A stretch of 64,000 nt of DNA from positions 186,001-250,000 of the forward strand of contig OZ251248.1 in NCBI GenBank assembly GCA_965240325.2, in the 5' to 3' direction. How positions within the stretch are numbered: position 1 is the first letter of the stretch; each line of letters opens with the position of its first letter. The notes beneath the pieces were generated by a model, which worked only from the letters and a program-made list of their open reading frames with translations, ran no database searches and was not told the DNA's origin. The translations under genes were made by a program, and so were the position numbers. The DNA comes from Rebecca billardiae RCC1528. Its lineage: Eukaryota > Protista > Haptophyta. Of the stretch, positions 11,739-23,351 are shown in pieces.

Positions 11739-12413
11739 GCGCTCCGAAAGACTGCGGCGCGGCGTCGCGCGTCTCCGCTTTGACGCGGCCCCTGGACGAG
11801 CCTGTTTGGCGCGCTGTTAAGCTAGCCTTACATTACTATAGCCACTGCTGTTAGGTCTTACCGGACGAGTGACGATGATGGAAATATAATTACCGTCGCG
11901 TTCCGCGGTCCTTTTCTGCATATATAGACTTCAATTGGGCCATTTGGGGGCCCGCGGTCCGGGCGGCAGGCGGGCAGTGCGGCCGTGCCCGCTCGCGGCT
12001 CGGGCGCCGTATCAGCGCGTTGCCACTGGCCGTCCGCAGTGGCAGTTCGCTGTCGTACTTCTGATTGCCCGCGGACGGACACAATAATAACCGCGATTAA
12101 TTATTATAGGCGGTCGGATTATTATTGTCGCGTGCCAATAACACCATCATCACACACACTCAATGACCCATGCACAATTTAATATTGCACACACGTATCT
12201 ATTTACGACACACTACTACACACTCTCAGACAGTCGCGCCCCGCACCGCCGGGCTCGGGCTCGGGCTGTGCGGCGGCGGCGGCGGCGGCCAACGGCGGCG
12301 GCGCGGCGGGCCAGAGGCGGCGGTCCGGTCGGTCGGCGTGCGGCCTCTCAAAGCCGTCCGCAAAGGACTGTCAGGGGCAAAGGTGCGGCTTCATACTGCA
12401 TCACGTCATGTCG

Positions 12414-13580
12414 TCAAGAGACAAAGGTGCTTGCACGGCTCTGGAGCTCGCTTGGCTGCTGCTCGTCGAAGCGGTCAGAGTCACATATTTTGCGTTTTGA
12501 GAATGCGACGCGGAGCGCCCGGTCCTCTCGGGCCAGCTCAGCGAGCACTGCATCGGTCGTGCCGATGGGCACCTCCTCGAGCAGGTCGAGTAGGTGAGGC
12601 AGCGCGCTCTCACGCACCAGGGCCGCCGCCAACCCCATGAAATGCGGCACGCGGCTCATGTCCACTGAGCTGTTCCGCTGCCATGCGTCGGGGTCGGCGC
12701 GCATTCTGGCCAGGTCCGCGTCTGGGTATGGGGCGCCACTGGTCTTCTCGCGTACAGTGCGCACGGCAGACTTGCCGGCCTCGTCGACATCGACGATGGC
12801 AATGTCCCATGTCTGCGCGGGGAAGTCGCGTAGGAATTGGCAGAGCCGAGAGCGCCACGACGGGAGCACCTCTGAGTCGTCCTCCATCAGCAAGAAGTAG
12901 CGCTCGTCTTTGCGAGGTGCACGGCGTGGGCGGGGCGCTGGTCGCTGCGACGCACTGCCGGTGCGCACAAAGTTGACGCGAGCTTCGATCGTCTGCAGGG
13001 CGCGCCGCATGCTCAGGAAATTGGCCACGAAGAGGCCGCAGACTGCCTTGCTGATTTTGTACGAGTGTGCGATTGTTGAGGGCGATCCATACTGCGTGTA
13101 GTGCTCACAGCCCAGCACGCTGCCAAGCACGCCATTCAGTCTCAGGCGGTTCATCATGCCGCCGCCGCCGAGGACCATCCTGTGCACGCACTTGACGAGT
13201 GGCACGCGCAAGCCACCATTCGCCCCCCCCGGCTGCGTCATTCGGCGGCAACGGCGCTGACTGTACATCGCGCGCGCGAAGTCGGCGCCCATGCGCTCAG
13301 GCACTCGGCTCAGCAGCAGCTTCCTTATGTTGGGCACCGGCGGCTCGAACGCGGGCACGCGCACCGCCTCGAGTCCTGCCTTGCCGAGCGTCCTCTGCAT
13401 GAAAGCCGCGCGAACGCGATCGCGTGCGCGGTTCACGTAGTAAGCGGCCTCAATCGTGGGCGAGGATGTGTTTCGATGGACGGCCCCGGGCACCACCGCG
13501 GCATCGCAATGCTCGGCGCCGACTTGCGAGAGCATCGCAACGACGACGCCCCGCGCTACCAGTAGCCGGACCGCCGCCAT
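12414..13580 (-). CDS. Glycosyltransferase family 25-like protein with signal peptide/anchor
   Basis: Hydrophobic N-terminus, AYYVNRARDRVR...RVPA, FLLMEDD, MGLAAALV, TTD; matches the GT25 motif order. Confidence 0.6.
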   Translation of the reverse strand: MAAVRLLVARGVVVAMLSQVGAEHCDAAVVPGAVHRNTSSPTIEAAYYVNRARDRVRAAFMQRTLGKAGLEAVRVPAFEPPVPNIRKLLLSRVPERMGADFARAMYSQRRCRRMTQPGGANGGLRVPLVKCVHRMVLGGGGMMNRLRLNGVLGSVLGCEHYTQYGSPSTIAHSYKISKAVCGLFVANFLSMRRALQTIEARVNFVRTGSASQRPAPRPRRAPRKDERYFLLMEDDSEVLPSWRSRLCQFLRDFPAQTWDIAIVDVDEAGKSAVRTVREKTSGAPYPDADLARMRADPDAWQRNSSVDMSRVPHFMGLAAALVRESALPHLLDLLEEVPIGTTDAVLAELAREDRALRVAFSKRKICDSDRFDEQQPSELQSRASTFVS

Positions 13581-16369
13581 CGTCAGTGACCCGCCTGACC
13601 GTCCGCAGGAAGTCGGTGCGCGGGGAAACTAATACCCCCGCCGCCCATCATTCTTTGCTTCTATCTACTGCTATAGCTCATCAGGCAGGCAAATAATAAC
13701 CGGTCAAGGGCCGTCCTTGAACCGGTGCCTGCCCGATGATGAGCTGTGTGCGTCTCTACGTATTCATAGTAAAGTCTGTAAACTGTATGGGGTCCCGGAC
13801 TTTTTTTTCATAGATGATCGTCAGTGCTGCCGGACACTGGCGCCTGCAGTGGCAGCGGCGGCGGAACTAATAATTTATCACTTGAGTTGCGGTGCGGTGC
13901 CTCCTGATGTCGTCCGAGTCCGTGAGGCGATAACGACGGTCGTGGCGGTTCAGTGATTCCGTCGTTAATAACCGTCAAAACCCAGCGCCCATTATTAATG
14001 CCGCATTATGATATAATATATACAAAATTTCGTTCAGCGGTTTTTTCAGCCCGCTAGCGAGTAGCGTCCGAGTCTGAAACTGAAAGGTCCTGGGACCAAG
14101 CTAAGTGGCTCGATAGAGAGCCTAGGTACACCCCAACATGCGACTGGGGCGTTGGCGCCCGAGCCCACCGGCGTCACCGCTCCAGCCGCTCTCTCTCTCG
14201 CGCGCGTGCACGTGTCCGACACGGACGAAAGGACCCCCATTGTGCAAAAACGCAGTGATCAGGCTCAGGAGGGCTGCCACTGCTTCCCTTGCGCCATCGA
14301 AGCCATCCTGGGCGTACCGCAAGTGTATCCCAATGTGCTCGCACGGCTCCTGCGCGGAATCGACACCATAGGCTGCTCGTCATACCTCACGGTTGCGACA
14401 CGTGTGTAGCTTGCGACGTTGCTCGTTCACGGTGGCAGTCGTCGGGCACGCCGACGCTCACGTCGCTGCTTCGGATGGGCACATGTTTGCGATCTCGACC
14501 TCGACCGCTCACACGGTCACAAATCGCCGACCCATCACCCAGCGTCGGCGTTCGAGTCTGGGTCGTCGATCAGCCAGGCACCACTGTTGTGCGCGCGAGC
14601 GCATCCTGTCGTGCGTATGCCGTCCCGCCGGTGTGCCCGACACCTTGATCGCGCAAGCTGCCATGGTACATCGGCGGCTGAGACAGAGCCCTGCGTCACA
14701 GCCGAGATAACCAGCGCTGCCAATCACCCCCGTCTCGCGAATCGCCGCCGTGTGTCCATCCTTATCCATGACGCGCCGCAACATCCCGCCGGCGCGATGC
14801 GTACCGCCGGTGTGTGGATGAGCACTCGGAGCAGCTGCAGACGATCACCCCCGCTTCACGTCATCATCTTCTTGAGCCTGGGTGCCCATGCGCTCCATCC
14901 ACCGTCGCTCCCAACGCCGTCAGGGGTTGCCCGGCTCGCGGCCGCCTCTCCTGTGCCCAAGCACACAAAATGCTGGGTTGTGTTGACGTTTGGCAGCCAT
15001 GCGTCGCTCGAGGCATCGGCCTGGCGATCTGCCGGCTTGGTCGTCGATTCCCCACGTCTTGACTCTTGGCGGGTTGTCCGATGGAAGCTTCGGCCACGGC
15101 GAGGTTTTGTTCGGCGGCTAGCGGCCAGCAACATCCGATTTTTTGCTCTGAAACCCCAGATCTGCTCACAAAAATGGCGGGCTCACAGCCGATGGGCCCG
15201 ATGGCGGCGGAGTTGGCGGTGGCGCTACTGGGCTTTCTGAAGCGCCTATGCGTGGGGCATCTACTGTAGCGCTCACTGGGGACCATGTGGCCGCAGTCAT
15301 CCCCTCGCGGCCTACTATGCACGCATTACGGTGCCGAATTTGCACAATGATATTGATGGGGGTCTTTGACTCTTTCGGTATACTGATGGGCGGGTTTTCC
15401 GGTAAGATCGACCGGGCTGACGGACTCACGGACTCACGGAGTCAGATGTTTTAAAATTACTATATGTGGTGTTATTGGTACAATAAGTGAGTGTGTGTGT
15501 ATACGAGCTGCATGACGGAGGGGCTCCGGCTGTGACGGGCCTCTGCACTCCACTTACCCGTGTTTCGTCGCAGCCGCCCTCGCAGAATTTCAGGACTCTT
15601 ATTCTGCGGGTACGCCGCGGGTGCACGAGCAAAGTGCCCAGCGAGTGCCAGAGCGGCGCGGACGAACCAGCCATGCTGCTGCCCCCGGGCATTCGGCAAG
15701 TCATCGGCGCGAGCACCGCCTCGCTTCTCGAGCAGCGAGCTGGGCCAATCGGCAGCGCACAACCTGAGCGCGCCAGGTACCTCTCGCCTCGTCCTTCGAC
15801 CACAGGAGTCAGGATGCCTGCACCATCAACTCGTCGATCAGCAAGTGGCGTCCCTCGGCTGCGCACGAGTGCACCACGCAGTGTGACCACGCAGGCAGGC
15901 GCAGCAGCAAACGACCAGCAGCTGCTTTGTAGTGTCGTATGTATATATATGTGGGGTTATTGGTACAATAACTGATTGTCTAAGAGGACGACAAGAACGC
16001 CGGGCGCCAGCGCCGCTCATCAGCCACATCGCCCTCTAGTCTCTACCAGACCATCGCCTCAAAGGGCGCTGCTCCCGGACAAACAGTCTGTCCGGGTTGT
16101 TCTGCCGCCCAGGAGATCGGTTTCCGGCGCCGGCCTCTGCCGGCCTGCTTCGCCAGGCGCGGCGTGCGAGATGGCTCCAGCCAAGCTCGTCCTGCGTCGC
16201 CGGCGGCGGCGGCTCGCACGCGGGTGGCGCGTTGCGTGCACCGACCAACATCTATCCCATTGAGTAACTAGGAACACACGCAGCCGCCTCGGCATCGACA
16301 TCGGCCAGGGCCCAGGCGGCGTGCCCACCTTCGGCCAGCAGTTGGCGTCGGCGTTCACGAGGACGGCTA

Positions 16370-16516
<147 letters not shown>

Positions 16517-16638
16517 CTGATGCTACGACGCGACTCCTGACTCCTGACTCAGGAGTCCTGGCCGCGCTGAGTACTTGAGCAGATAACTAGTCACTGACTC
16601 AGTGAGTCAGGCTGACAGTCTGTCAGGCTGAGAGATCG

Positions 16639-19600
16639 TCAGTCATCCGCGCGAGGCCAGTACTGGCCGTCGGTGTACACGCGCACACCGTAGCTGACAG
16701 CGCCCTGCCGCTCGCCGCCGCCCGGCGGCGGCAAGTACATGCCCGCCGCTGCCTCGAGCGTGCACACGAGCAGGTGGCCGTTGGGTGTCAGGGAGATCTG
16801 GGTCGCCTTGGACGAGGCGGCGGCGAGCTCGGCGGCGAGCGGCTCGCCGATGGGGTTGTCGCTGAGGCACAGCTGGCGCAGCCGCCCCCGCGCGCCCGCG
16901 GCGCGCAGGGCCTCGAGCAGCGCGGCCGCGCCCTCGTCTCCCACCTGATTTGCGCTGAGCCCAAGCGCCGTGAGGCTGCTGGCCTGGGCGCCGAGCGCCG
17001 CGGCGGCGAGCGCGGCCGCGCCCGCGTCGCCGATGCCGTTCCGCCCGAGCGTGAGCGCGGCGAGGCGAGAGCCCTCAGCGCCGAGGCAGGCGGCGAGCTT
17101 GCGCGCGCCCTCGTCGCCGATCTCGTTCCCATCGAGGATGAGCCGCTGCAGCGCCGCCTTTGGATTCGCGCGCAGCGCGCCGCCGAGCTCGGCCGCGCCG
17201 GCCGCGCCCAGCCTGTTCCGCCCGAGCTCGAGCAGCGTGAGTCCGGCGTTGGCGCGCAGCCCGCCGGCCAGTCCGGAGGCGCCCGTCGGGCCGATGCCGG
17301 CCTGCGTGAGCCGGAGCTCGCGCAGCGCGCGGTTCGAGCGGAGCGCGCCGCCCAGGTCGGAGGCGCCCGCGTCGCCGATGCGCTCGCACCGACTCAGGTC
17401 GAGCACCGCGAGGGTGTCGTGCTCGGCGATCGCTCCGGCGAGGGCGGAGGCGCCGCTGCCGCCGATCGCGCTGCGCGCGGCGCTGAGGATGCGGAGGGAG
17501 CCGTTGGCGCGCAGCCCGGCGGCGAGCGCGGCCGCGCCCTCGTCGCCCACGCCCGTGCACCCCGCGAGGTTGAGCACGAGCAGGCTCGCGCTTGCGCCGA
17601 GCGCGGCGCCGAGCGCGGCCGCGCCCGCGTCTGCCACCGCCTCGTTGCCACCCAGGTCCAACTCCCGCAAGGCTTGGCACACGCGCGCCGCGCCGGCGAG
17701 CTCGGCAGCCGCTCGCTCGCCGAGGGCGTTGTACCGCAGGCTGAGCTCGTCGAGTGCGCCGTGCGCTCGCAGCGCGTCCGCGAGGACCACGCCGCCACCC
17801 TCGCCGAGCTCGGTGTGCTCCAGCTCCAGCGCCCTGAGCGGCGGGTGCGCGCGCACGCGCGCCGCGAGCGCGGCGCCGCCCGGTTCGCCCAGTCTCGTCA
17901 TTCTGATTGTGAGCCGGCGCACTGAGCCGCCCGCGCAGATCGCGGCGCCGAGCTCGTCGACGAGCGGCGGCACGGCGTCGCGCGTCTCGCTGCGCAGCTG
18001 CCCGAGCCGCACGCCCTCCAGCGCCGTGTCCGCGCGCACGTACGCCGCCACCAGCGGCCAATCGTCGGGGCTCGTGGGCGTGAAGGCAAGCGTGCGCGCG
18101 CCGCGGTCGACCTGGATTGGGCGCGTGCGCGCGCCGGCGGGCTGGAGCTCGAGGCTCGCGCCGTGCGCGTCGAGGGCGGCGAGGAGGCGCTCGACGGGCG
18201 CGCCGGCGGGGGGCATCGCGCCCAGCGAGAGCGTCTGCAACGACGCGTGCCGTGCGAGGTCGTACGCTGCGAGCGCTGCGTCGCCGGCACTGCACTCGGC
18301 GCGCAGCTGCAGCCGCGTCGCGCCGTCCGCCGTGCCACAGAGCGTGCGCACGCCCTCGCCGCGCGCCTCCGCGGCGGCGCGCAGCAGCTCGGCGCTGTCG
18401 AAGGAGAAGTCGTTCCGGTGCAGCAGCGCCAGGCCGCTCAGCGCCGGGTTGGCCTCCAGCTCATACGCCAGCAGCGCAGCATCGCCGTCTGGCACTCTCG
18501 GCTGCGACTGCTGCGGCGGCTGCTGCTGCCGCTGCGCCGGCTGTGGAAGTTTGGCTTTGGCGCCGGCCCCCTTCGCGCCGCGCTCCTTGGCGGCGGCGCG
18601 CGCCACCGGCGGCGGCGTGCCACCGGGCCCGCCGCCCGCCGCCGCCGCCGCGCGTGCGCCGCGCGTGCGCGGCTCGACGCTCGGCGCGCCGTCCGCTGTC
18701 CCATAGAGCGTGCGGAGCTGACCGGCGCGGCTTTGCGCGGCTCGGAGCAGCTGCTCGCCGCCGGCCGCGCCGAAGGCGTTGAGCGCCAGGTCGGCGCGGC
18801 TGAGCGAGGCGCTGGCGCGGATGCCCGCGGCAAGCGCCGCCGCGCCCTCGTCGCCGATCCCGTTGCCACTCAGGTCGAGCTCAGTCAGGCTGACGCTCTC
18901 CCCGAGTCCCTTCGCGAGGCTCGAAGCACTTTCGTCCGAGATTCCGCAGCCGGGGAGCGCGAGGGTGCGCAGCGCGTGCGCCGCGCTCGGGATGGGCGCG
19001 GGCGGCCACGGCGCGCTCGGCTCGGTGCCGCGCACGCTGAGCACCTCGAGGTGCGTCGCCGTGCACAGCGAGCGCGCGAGCAGCCGCACCACCTCCTCCG
19101 TCCGAAGCGTCGGCAGCTGCAGCGCGCGCAGCCGCGCGCGCGCCAGCGACTCGAGCAGCGCGAGCGCGCGCGGCTTGAGCTTGAAGCCCGGGTGCTTGCG
19201 CCGCTTGGCGGCGAGCTGCGCGTCGTACCGCGGGAGCAGCAGCGCGGCGAACCGCGCGCGCAGCGTCGCGTCGAACGTCTCCCGGTCCGGGCCGACGAAC
19301 TCCTGGATCCGGACCAAATCCGCATGCACGCTCGCCTGCGACCGCTCGAGACCAAAGTCGACGGCGCGCTCGGCGAGCTCGAGCGGGAAGTCGGGCGGCA
19401 CGGCCTCCTCGCCGTGGCGGATCGCCGAGGTGGAGATCTCGAGGTTGAAGTCGCGCCGCTCGTGCCCCTGCATCGTCGAGCTCGCCACCGCGTACGTGTC
19501 CAGCTGGAAGCCGGCGCCGCGGCCGAGCAGCGCTTGGTACAGCTCAAAGCCGCACCACGCGCGGCTGAAGGTGACGCCGTCGCGGTCGAGGACGGAGACG

Positions 19601-20500
19601 ACACCCTCCGCGAGCTCGAGCGCGCGGAAGAAGGGGTACTCGCTGATCGGCGCGCCCTCGCCCAGCTCGGCGCCCAGCCGGTGCTGGTTGATCGCGTGCG
19701 CACACACCCAGTACGTCGCGAGCTCGGCCGGCAGCGCGCGGTCGGCCGCGTGCGCGCGCAGCATTGCGAGGAAGTCCTCGATCGGCTCGCCCCACCTGCG
19801 CGCGCCAGCGGGGGGCGTCGTGCGGGGCTGGGCGTGGCGCGCGGGCTCGGGAGGGGCCCGGGCCGCCTGTGCGCGGCTGCGCGGCCGCGCGCGCACACCA
19901 GTGGGACACGAACCACTGAGGCGGCTGCGGGCCCGTCGCGAGCAGCTCCACCATCGAGCACTGGCGCGCGCGCGTGGCCGGCTTGATGAGCCAGTACATC
20001 AGGTCGTACAGCGTCATGGTGTGCTCCGTCAGCTTCGCCCCCTTCTGCGCGGGGCTCGTCGAGGTCCACCCCTTGCGCTTGCAGTTCGCCTTGGCCGCGG
20101 CGAACACGCGCTCGAGCTGCGCGAGCGTGATCCCGCGCTCCTCCGTGCGCTCGATGGTGCAGCCGGCGTGCGGCACACCGTCGGGCCAGAGGGCGCGGAG
20201 GTCGACGTTCGGCGCGTGCTCGCCCGCCGCGCGGACGGGCGGCGGCGTCGAGCTCCGGCCCGCGTCGCTGCCCGGCGCGCTGCCGCTGTCGCGAGCGCTG
20301 CCGCCGTCACGCGCGCGCGCCGGCGACGGCACCGGCGCGTCCGCACGGGCGCGCGACCGCCCGACCGCGGCGTCGGCCTCGGGCGGAGGCAGCCGGGAGT
20401 GCGCGGCGCCCGCCGACGCGCGCCCGACCGGCGGCGACGTTTGCTGGGGCCGTCGCTTGGCCTTGCCGATGGGCGGCAGGGCGGCCGGGTCCGGCGCCAT
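16639..20500 (-). CDS. TIR-like N-terminal domain plus RI-like leucine-rich repeat protein, 2 exons
   Basis: Exons 20500-19899 and 19795-16639 (1252 aa). The junction gives WFVSHWWGEP, followed by YWVCAHAINQH, PFFRAL and TFSRAWCGFELY; many LxxLxLxxNxIGDEGAxALAxxL repeats follow. Confidence 0.85.
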
Positions 20501-20660
20501 GCTGGACTGCCGAGTGTGCACGAACTGGAACTGAAGTACACCGCCCTTCCGGTACCCGCATGATGCCAATCTCGCCTGCCTGAGCTGTGTGCGTCTCTTA
20601 TTCTTAGTAAACTGTAGAGTGTAGACTGTTCATAAGTTTGAAGTAAGAACTCCCTCGTCG

Positions 20661-23144
20661 ATGAAATCGCGCGATTCCGACGAACGCGCGATGCACAGCG
20701 CCAGACCCGCGAGAACCCGACGGCGGAGCTGGCGATCGTCGTGGGCAAAGGCCCAATGGCTGGTCGGCGTGCTTGCGCTAGCGGGCTTCTCGACCCTGGT
20801 TCACAGCCTTCCCGAGCCTGGTGATCTCGAGGAGAGGTCGACATGGGATGCGCTCATTGCGTGGGCGGCTACCTCCGCCGGCGAGCTCGTGCTGGTGAGC
20901 TCGAACGAGCGCGGGCTCCCGGCAGCCTCTTGGACGGCGCTGCAGCTGCGAGCAGTTGGCTACTCGAACGGCATCCTTCTCCACGCCACGGAGGCGCCCG
21001 TTTGCAGCCATGGCGTGCTCGCGCTCGGTATGAGCTGCGCGTGGTCGTCGTGGGCACCGCGTGGCCGCTGGCACGCCAAAATATTCGAGCACCAGCGCTT
21101 GTTCGTGCAGCGCAAGCGCCTGCTGTACCGGCTCGCCGTGGAGGGCGGCCTGTCGGTGCTACAGGCGGACACTGACACGGTCTGGCTGACGAACCCGTTC
21201 CCGCTGCTCCGCGCGGCCCCGCTGAGCAAGTACGCTGTCGTCGTGCAGAAGGACTCGCCCTGGGCCAACGGTGGGCTGGTCTACGTGGATGGGCGGCTCG
21301 CGCCGCGTGGGAGCGGCGCCGAGGGGATGCTGCGTGAGTACGTGCGCGCGCTCGACACCTTCTCTCGGCCGAATCCAGAGCTCACCCGCTCAGTGCGCGC
21401 CATCGTGCCGTGGCTCGGCGCCGTCAGCGAGAAGGCAGGTTGGATGGATGAGCAGAACCAGCTGAACGACGCGGTCTCGTCTGCCGCGCTGGGCAGGCGC
21501 GTGTGGGTGAACAGCATCGTCAAGCTTGCCGTCTCCTCACGTCCTCACGAGTGGATCCGTGCGCACCCGGGCGCCAGGGCGGGCGTGAAGGCCATGCTCC
21601 TGAGGAATGCCACCTCAGGTGTGTACGATGCCGTCAGGAACGCCTCGCGAGTCGTATACGTTCCGCCCGTGGTGAACGGCGCGACGAATGCGATGGCCTG
21701 GCTGACGGCTGGGTCCAGCGCCATCGCCTATTGTCCCCGCACGATGGCCCCCAGCAAGGACAACCGCGGCTACGAGATGACCATGCACCCATTCAGCAAC
21801 GAGGGTACAGCCAATTCAGTGAGCCAGATGGATGGCGCAGCAGCAGCAGGCGTTTGGGCTGATGCCAACGCGTCGAGGCTTCTCATCGCGCCACCAACCA
21901 TCTTCGCCCACGTGTCGCCGTTCCAGATTCTGCTGCGCTTGTGCGCAGCCAACCGGTTCGCCGGGCAGCGCGCCGAGCTTCTGACCGAGGCGCAGGCAGG
22001 CCACACTGCTTCTGCCTCGATGCGCACACGCAAGCAGGTGGCTGGCGTACCCACCAGGGCGCCCTCCGCTGTGCCATCAGCAGTGGTCCATCTTGCAGGG
22101 TTACCCAAGCAAGCCCGGCGTACTGTGCTTCGCTCGGCCGACACCAACGGGCGTCTATGGGCGCGCCGCATTGGTGTCGATGCAGTCGACGCCCGCATCA
22201 GGGCTGGTGGGGTGCCCACGCTCAGCATGCGTGGCTTCATCACTGACGAGCCTCCGCTCACTGCGAACGCAGCCGCGGCTGACGTTGCCGAGCGCGAGGT
22301 GATCCTCCCTCTGCTGGAGCTCGCGCTCTGCCTGCAGCGGGAGCCGGTGCTGCCACGACTGCCTTGCATGCGGCACCCAGGGGCCACACCTCTACACACG
22401 TCATCGAGAGCATGGCTGTATCTGGTGACGCCAGTGCCGCTGCGCGGAACAGAGCCCATGCCCTGCCGCTACGCCTGGATCGGACCTGGACTCGGCGCGT
22501 GCTCGTCACTGCCACTGCTGCACGAGCACGACCTGGTGGACATTGAGCAAGCGGCGAACCGCACGCGTGGTGGCGGCGTGGCCCACGTGTCGCTGCAGGC
22601 GCTGCTCGGTGCCGAGAGCGCTGAGGCCGCTGCCAGCCTGCTCGTGCACACTCGCGCGGAGATGCTGGTGATCGATGGCGGTGGGAGCGCGCCGCTCAGC
22701 GCATTGGCCCTGCTGCTCGAGCGCGTGCTGGAGGGCTCGATCCTTCCCGAGGCGACGGCTGAGGCAGACGCAAAGACGACGGCAAGCGGGCTGCTCCCTG
22801 GCTGCGAGGCAGCGCAGACTCCGACGCCTTCGCAGAATCGGTCTCCACAGCGAGTGGCGGAGGGCACGTTGGACACCCCCAGCGCTGCACCTGACCCGCC
22901 ACTCGCGCGTGCCGCCGGTGGGCATGCTGTCCCAAGCAGTTCACAGCGCGCCGTTGTTGTTCGTCGCTTCTTCAGCGACATTCGCCGCCGGCAGCAGGCA
23001 AGCCCAATCAGTGGCAGCAGGCGGAACAAATTCCTCAAGACGCTTGCCACCTGCCATGCGTTCCTCGTGTCTGAGCCGAAGCGCCAGCCGCGCCCGAAGA
23101 GCGGCGGCAGGTTCCGACCTCGTCCGCACCGACTGACCGAGTGA
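20661..23144 (+). CDS. Nucleotide-diphospho-sugar transferase (GT77-like), type II membrane protein
   Basis: N-terminal TM (WLVGVLALAGF), VLQADTDTVWLTNPF (DxD), NGGLVYV, WMDEQNQLN, VVHL. Confidence 0.75.
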   Translation: MKSRDSDERAMHSARPARTRRRSWRSSWAKAQWLVGVLALAGFSTLVHSLPEPGDLEERSTWDALIAWAATSAGELVLVSSNERGLPAASWTALQLRAVGYSNGILLHATEAPVCSHGVLALGMSCAWSSWAPRGRWHAKIFEHQRLFVQRKRLLYRLAVEGGLSVLQADTDTVWLTNPFPLLRAAPLSKYAVVVQKDSPWANGGLVYVDGRLAPRGSGAEGMLREYVRALDTFSRPNPELTRSVRAIVPWLGAVSEKAGWMDEQNQLNDAVSSAALGRRVWVNSIVKLAVSSRPHEWIRAHPGARAGVKAMLLRNATSGVYDAVRNASRVVYVPPVVNGATNAMAWLTAGSSAIAYCPRTMAPSKDNRGYEMTMHPFSNEGTANSVSQMDGAAAAGVWADANASRLLIAPPTIFAHVSPFQILLRLCAANRFAGQRAELLTEAQAGHTASASMRTRKQVAGVPTRAPSAVPSAVVHLAGLPKQARRTVLRSADTNGRLWARRIGVDAVDARIRAGGVPTLSMRGFITDEPPLTANAAAADVAEREVILPLLELALCLQREPVLPRLPCMRHPGATPLHTSSRAWLYLVTPVPLRGTEPMPCRYAWIGPGLGACSSLPLLHEHDLVDIEQAANRTRGGGVAHVSLQALLGAESAEAAASLLVHTRAEMLVIDGGGSAPLSALALLLERVLEGSILPEATAEADAKTTASGLLPGCEAAQTPTPSQNRSPQRVAEGTLDTPSAAPDPPLARAAGGHAVPSSSQRAVVVRRFFSDIRRRQQASPISGSRRNKFLKTLATCHAFLVSEPKRQPRPKSGGRFRPRPHRLTE

Positions 23145-23351
23145 CCGCCACCAGCTAGCAGCATATCGGCAGCGCAGGTTAATATTATATATATATATAT
23201 ATAATATGCGATGACGACGGACGAGTCGCGGGGCGCGTCGTCGCTTATTTGTCGTTAATATGTATATTTATGATAAATATAATTATTGCGCGCTATGTTT
23301 CACCATCAGTGACGCGGCCTGCGCTGTCAATGCGCATGATGTTACTATTTA

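Noticed and set aside
14040-15450. Lower-GC segment possibly a decayed TE (8-bp inverted tcagcccg/cgggctga near the ends)
   Set aside because: The inverted match is too short, and there is no TSD or recognisable protein motif.
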